A DNA stretch of 64,000 nt from Chrysomallon squamiferum (lineage: Eukaryota > Animalia > Mollusca), in NCBI GenBank assembly GCA_012295275.1, contig CM022673.1, positions 24,738,001 through 24,802,000 on the forward strand, read 5' to 3'. The notes under the pieces are model-generated. The model had not been told where the DNA came from. It ran no database searches and saw only the letters and a program-made list of their open reading frames with translations. This document shows, piece by piece, positions 58,176-64,000 of the stretch (positions within the stretch are counted from its first letter, which is position 1; the number at the start of each line of letters is the position of its first letter). A program made the position numbers and the translations under genes.

Positions 58176-61100
58176 CATATGAGTCATGTATGTAAGAAGT
58201 GAATATTTATATATAAAACAATTGGCCATGTTCTTCTGTGCAGGGAATATAAACATAATCATGCAGGTGTACGCTATGAATATACAAGTTAGTCACACAG
58301 CTATATCAGGTGAATAGAATAATTTTACAAAGGTCAATATAATGTAATAATAATAATTATGATGAAGGTAAATGATACAGCTTAGTGGAAATAACATCTT
58401 TGTTGGAAACTATCAGAATATTAAACATTTACTTTTATAATTATCTGTTGTTAGAGACATGAAAAGAAAATCAGACTGAATGGCATGAAAACAAATATTT
58501 ACAGATAACTACATTTATCTACAAAATTAAATTACTAACAAATCTACATAAATATTAAACTATTATTATTATTATACATTAAACAGACAGGAAAATGGTT
58601 TGCTGATGTTGATAAATGTATTAACTGTGATGGTTATGATATGCTACACAGTGGGTTTTTTATATTTCAGTGAAATGTATTAACTGTGATGGTTATATGC
58701 TACACAGTGGGTTTTTTATATTTCAGTGAAATGCAAATGGACACAAACCTGAAGAATTTAACCTTTTGAGTTCATAACAAGTTAATTCCCAGTGTAATTT
58801 ACATACAAACAGAATATGTATGTAAGTGTCTTTTGACATGTAAACAAGTAAAAGAAAATATTCAGCATGACAACAATTTTACATTATAGTCAGTTAACTG
58901 AGGAAATAACTAAATAAACAGTTAAGTAACCTAAATGACATATGACTACATTTAAACCTCAATATTATAATACTGAAAATAAATTTTAATTTTACAAATA
59001 GAAATGTTGGCTTAATGAATATTTCAAGTTAATAATTTCATCATGCAAAACAAGAAAAGATAATTAGGCATAATGCAATCATTAACTGATGTTATATATA
59101 CCTCATTCCCTTCAATACATTCACACACACTAAAGATGGTTGGAATGTATATTATAATGTCAAACAGTCTGTTACACATATTAGTATATAATACTCTTAA
59201 ACGGTTAGTGTATTCAATAGGAATTGTTATGTATAAAGTAGAGAAAACTACCTGACATTCATTAACATGCTCTAAAAAAAACTACATTCCAGAATTCATA
59301 TTTTTCCCATTCTGCAACCCACATCATATAACCTTTTGTAGATAACTGTACAACTCATGCGCAGACAATTGAAACGGCATAAACAGTAATAAATATGTTG
59401 TGTGACACACTGGTCAGAGAAAATGATGTGAATGTAACGTGGACTGTTAAGACAAACAGAAGACGACAGTGATCATGCACAATGATGTAAATAAACATAC
59501 CATACAGACATCCTGTGGACGAAGCATAAGATGAGTTAGTAATGAAAACGTAAACAAAAACAATGACAATATGAAACAATGAAACCATATAACAAAATTT
59601 AATCAACACTTATTTATTTTAGATTTCTTTTTTTCTTATATTAATTATAATTTCTAAACACACACAGACACACATATACACACAATATAACAACAGAAGT
59701 ACAACACAACCAATGGACTCAGTCCACAATTTGTTTTTTTAATATTTTCATTAGCTTATTGCATTCCTAAAACATAAAACTTTATAAATACACTAAACGA
59801 CAATTTTCAAAGAATTCAAAATTTTAATGCTTCTGTTATTTCCGTGAAGTTAAGACTGAATTTTGAAATACACACCAGTGGAAAAGCCATTTTCCTGTTA
59901 ATCTCGTGATAATCCGCATTTCTGTCGTTGACCTGCGACTGACCAGCAGCCAGGTGAGCGCACACAAAGCACACGGAGGTACTGTAAATGAGAAAACGAA
60001 TTCCAACTCCACCCTTGTTACCTGTGGCCCCGCCCAGACCAGTTTTAACCTTCTCCACTGCCACATCACTGAAATAAAGTTGTTAAATCTCCAAACACTT
60101 AAACAGAAACAGACAGCTCATATTAAATACTACAAAAACTATACAAAAATAATAATAATAAATTGATTCACTAATTTGTCTACATCTGCTTTTTAAATAA
60201 GGTTAAAAAGAATTTTTGTTGTATTGTGTAAGATAGTATAATTCAAGTCACAACTAAAATTCTAACTGCATCATAATATGACTCTAGATACAGTTCAAGT
60301 CTTTAACTAGTTTTAATGGATGAGAAGTATTATGTAATCCACAGACAGGTATATTCAATATCAAACTCTGGTTTGTAACGTAAACAATAAATGTTAAGTA
60401 GGTGCATTATCCAAACAATGAAATAAAAACAGAAAATTTATAGATGCTAATACTGTAAATTGTAAAATCAAAGTAAAAACAAAAAAGGGACCATCACGTA
60501 TAGTTCACTTAGTAAAGAACACAGTCCAAGTAAGAAGTAAAAAGCATGATAAGAATTGATAGATAAAATGAATTGCTAAATGTATTTTAAAGAACATATG
60601 TACCTCTTTTAAAGGTAAACAGACTATGAAGAACATAATTTACTATGTAATGTAGTTTTTAAGAGAAAAAGTTCTCACCGAATGAAAGGTGCAAGATGTG
60701 GCCTGATGTAGACAAAGAGGACCACGCCCACTAGCTGTGTGTGGGTCAGCAAGACATACTTGTGGTCTCGACACAGTGTTTTTATAATCTCCTTCTGCCA
60801 CTCTCTCGCATTGGTCGTACTGAAACAAAACACATAAAAAACACTGAAACAGGACGATGTAAACAACAACTGTTCACTACATGAAATTTTAAAATTACAT
60901 AGTCAGTGGATTTACTCCACAATAATGTCATATTTACCTAGCACTGACAATGTTACTGGCATTCAGATCGACAATCTCTTCAAAGCCAATAGCATAAATA
61001 TCAGCAGGTTTATCATAGTCACCTGACTCATCAACTTCACCTGAAATGGTAATTCATTAACTGAATGATAATAAAATTTAAATAAAACAGAAAACCACAA

Positions 61101-63944
61101 CAGAAAAACAAAGCCAATGAAATGGCTGTAAACATGAACAATATGAGGACATTTTATCTTTCCTGTTCTAACCTACTGAAGTTACAAGTAAATTAACTGA
61201 AGAAAAATTAACTTTCCATTTATCTCAGATACCTAAAGATATCATATAAGCAAACTCAGCATAAGCAATGCTAATTTAAATTGTTATGGTAGTGTTAAAG
61301 TTAACAGTGAGGGATCATTTAAAAAAATGTTATTGTTAAATTACTAAATAAAATAATGACATAATTAATACTGGATTAAAATACAATATAAATCAGAAAA
61401 CACAAATATACATAATGAAACATCACTTACTGGGATTCACGTGTTTGTGTGCATCTAGAAGCCAGTCATGCATGGATCTGTCTTTGTAAGCGATGCTGCG
61501 GAAATGTTTTCCACCATTAACGTTCCATGTGCCTATACAAATCCTCACACTGCTTGGCTTCGTGTATTCCTTGTATCTCTTCACCATCCCGTGAAGAATT
61601 CCTGGAGCAGCTGGAACAAAAAAGTAAACAGGTGAATTACATAACAAGATTCAAGATATCAGCCTTTCTTTTTCCTTTTCTTTTTAAATTTAAATAGAAT
61701 AATTACAGATTTAAAATATTTATTTAGTATATTTATGTTTTTGGGAGAGAGAGAGAAACAGACATATAGACAATGGTGCTAGAAGAAAAGACAGAATGAC
61801 AAATATGTGTGTATATTTACACATATACACATACACACACATGCACATATATACATATACACAACCCATTTCTATATATAAAAAGATTCAGCTAAGATAA
61901 GAATTAATAATAAAACTGTTACCATGTAAACTCTTTGAGGTTAAGAGAGCCCTCGCCTTGTCTGCAAACTCTCCAACCAGCGAGTTGCTTAGCAACAGTT
62001 TGTCAATGGCTCCCTGTTTGCTGTTGTCTAAGAAGTTGTTTTGTATGGCTCTGTTGGCTGCTCGTGCTGCGTCTGTGGCCTTCAGTTAAAAAAATATTTA
62101 AAAAGCTGAATTTTTTTAATTTTTGGTTTCCAAATAACAAAAACAAACTAATGTGAATTTGTTTTACATTTTTTATTTCATGCCTCTTGTGATTTAATTT
62201 CTTTTAACTTTTATCCAAACATCATAAAGATGAGAAGAAAAATAAAAAAACAAATTTGGAAAATGAAATACAAAATACCTCAGTATAAAACAGATCTTAA
62301 CAAGTTGTAATCAGTTAATTATTTCAAATGTCATGAATAAACAATTCATGTAAAAAAAAAAATCTATTTCACTGCAGACATAGGGTAATTGCATTTATAA
62401 ACCATATTTTAATTTTTTATCATTAAAACTTCTTTAAGTATAAGGGAGTGTTTAGTTAGGCCATGGTCACTTGTACACAAGAATGCTTTACAATTCTTTT
62501 TTATTGAAATATGTTCAGAATGACTAGCATTATTCCAAAACAAAGTGTGACACAGTCAATGAAAGAAGAAAAAAGACAGAACTGTTTCATTTAGTTTCTG
62601 AGAGTTTGTTCAGAATTACTGGCATTTTGACACACAGTGTCACACAGACAATGAAAGAAAAACAAAAAGACAGAACTGTTTTATTTAGATAATTAAATGT
62701 TTACCCTTGATCTTCCTCCGCCAAGAGCTCCTGTTCCTGCATATATTCTACTGACATGGTCACCGTTAATTCCCCAAATCTGCTTGTAGACTTCAATGAA
62801 TCTTGTCAACATCTGTGGTTTGTTAGCCAGTCCTAGACTCTCTATCTGTTTTGGCAATATCTGGAAACAAATCCATACACAGTCCTTTCTTTAACATTTT
62901 AAAAATCATTTCAAAAGAGTATTTATTGTTGCACTAAAATTTAATACTTTTTATTTCAAGAGTTTTTGTTTGTGTGATAAATATGAAAACGTGATGTCAT
63001 TAGTTTCAGAATTGTAAATAAACAATTATCATGTCTCTGTATGTGTGTGTGTGTGTTTGGGGAATTGATGAATCATTTCAACAATTTTATATTATTTTTA
63101 ATTTCATAATATTTCATTTTTTTGAATATGACATCCAATGGATGATTTAAAATCAGACTGTTACGAATGTTTGAAGCACTATCAAATATACAGTTGAAAT
63201 TATCAAATAAATATGCTATGCAGCAGACAGTTGGTGTGTCTCACCTCCAGTCCAATCATGGTCTGTACAGAGTTTGTTCTGTCCAGACAGTCAATGCAGT
63301 TGGTCCTAATTGTTCCAGTTTGTTGTCTGAAAAAATACATTTGAATATTTTACTTAGACATTACATAAAAAATCACAGATTGATTTCTCCAGAGATAAAA
63401 ACAAAAATGACAGCGTAACTGAAATACAGCTAAATGGATTTTTCAATGTTTTATAATCTGATCACTGAAATGAGTATTATTTTTTTTATTATCTACACTG
63501 AGATCTCACATGAAACAAAAGATAACTTTGCATGTGCTAGACTGTAAATTTAAATAAGAGGAGCATCTAAACAAAAATTAATCAATGCAAAGCAGCCTTA
63601 TCAAAATGTACCTAATGTTTAAAGCAAATATATATATATATATCCACTTCGTTGGTAAAATTTACAAAAGAAATGCAATTATTTACAACAAAGTAAATAT
63701 TACAAAACATTTTCTGATTCGTATAAGTAAAGAATTAGTAGGAAGTGATTTATTTTCGCCTAATTTGTACTTGCCTCTTGGCCACCCCATCCTCTATATA
63801 GCAGAAATCAAACTCTTCAATGAATTTAATTAACTTTGATCTTAGTTTTTCAAGGTTTTTTAAATTGGTGCCTCTGATCTCGGAATGATAGTCAAAATGT
63901 ATGTATGGAATATCCTGCGAATGATGAGATGCCTTGTGATGATT
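50574..63944 (-). CDS. SYNJ1: Synaptojanin (end of Sac1 domain, 5-phosphatase, RRM-like region, proline-rich tail); 5' part lies beyond the window
   Basis: Exons 63775-63944, 63245-63326, 62705-62860, 61923-62079, 61431-61610, 60938-61040, 60679-60819, 59876-60068, 57790-57948, 57145-57298, 55851-55929, 55172-55375, 54896-54974, 54306-54477, 53983-54051, 53597-53688, 53153-53336, 52665-52756, 51960-52113, 50574-51496. Sac1 catalytic [12 protein letters not shown]; 5-phosphatase [44 protein letters not shown]. Confidence 0.95.
52137..52222. repeat. Compound (AAT)n(GAA)n(CAA)n microsatellite next to a synaptojanin acceptor
   Basis: Adjacent triplet runs. On the - strand (TTC)n supplies a pyrimidine-rich tract. 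Confidence 0.9.
52759..52816. repeat. Tandem repeat, 22 bp x2.5, abutting a synaptojanin acceptor
   Basis: gtaattatgtgtaacactg repeated. Confidence 0.8.
54736..54788. repeat. (TA)n microsatellite
   Basis: Perfect ta run. Confidence 0.93.
56050..57115. repeat. Minisatellite, about 41-bp unit, about 26 copies, in a synaptojanin intron
   Basis: Unit acacaacaacacacctcacacttgtatttatttctgtacta repeated in tandem with minor variants. Confidence 0.97.
58615..58733. repeat. Tandem duplication, about 57 bp x2
   Basis: aatgtattaactgtgatggttat...gtgggttttttatatttcagtg occurs twice. Confidence 0.88.
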
Positions 63945-64000
63945 CTACAAAAAGAAATATTGTAACATCTACATTAATGCTAATACATAAAAATATTCTC

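Overview
AT-rich, intron-containing animal genomic DNA, probably from a mollusc or other lophotrochozoan (inferred from protein style and repeats, not proven). Splice-aware reading gives seven gene loci in this order: the last exon of a + strand gene encoding a PLAC-like cysteine module with a GPI-signal-like tail; GXYLT1/2 (-); NFYA (-); PLK1 (-); CHAF1A (+, divergent from PLK1); PINX1 (+); and the 3' part of synaptojanin (-, continues beyond the window). There is an internally deleted hAT/Buster transposon between PLK1 and CHAF1A, a 41-bp minisatellite in a synaptojanin intron, and many short tandem repeats. The most notable observations are a CRIB-like (Cdc42/Rac-binding) motif exon in the synaptojanin tail, vertebrate-like cell-cycle promoters (CCAAT, CHR, E2F, CTCF motifs) in a cluster that includes NFYA itself, SUMO/PDSM motifs in the NF-YA tail, a duplicated PIP-like motif and a 19-unit coding repeat in CHAF1A, two GC-AG introns, and single-base frameshifts in NFYA and CHAF1A that are probably assembly errors. 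I see no rRNA, tRNA or CRISPR array, and no evidence of a wholly new multi-gene system.
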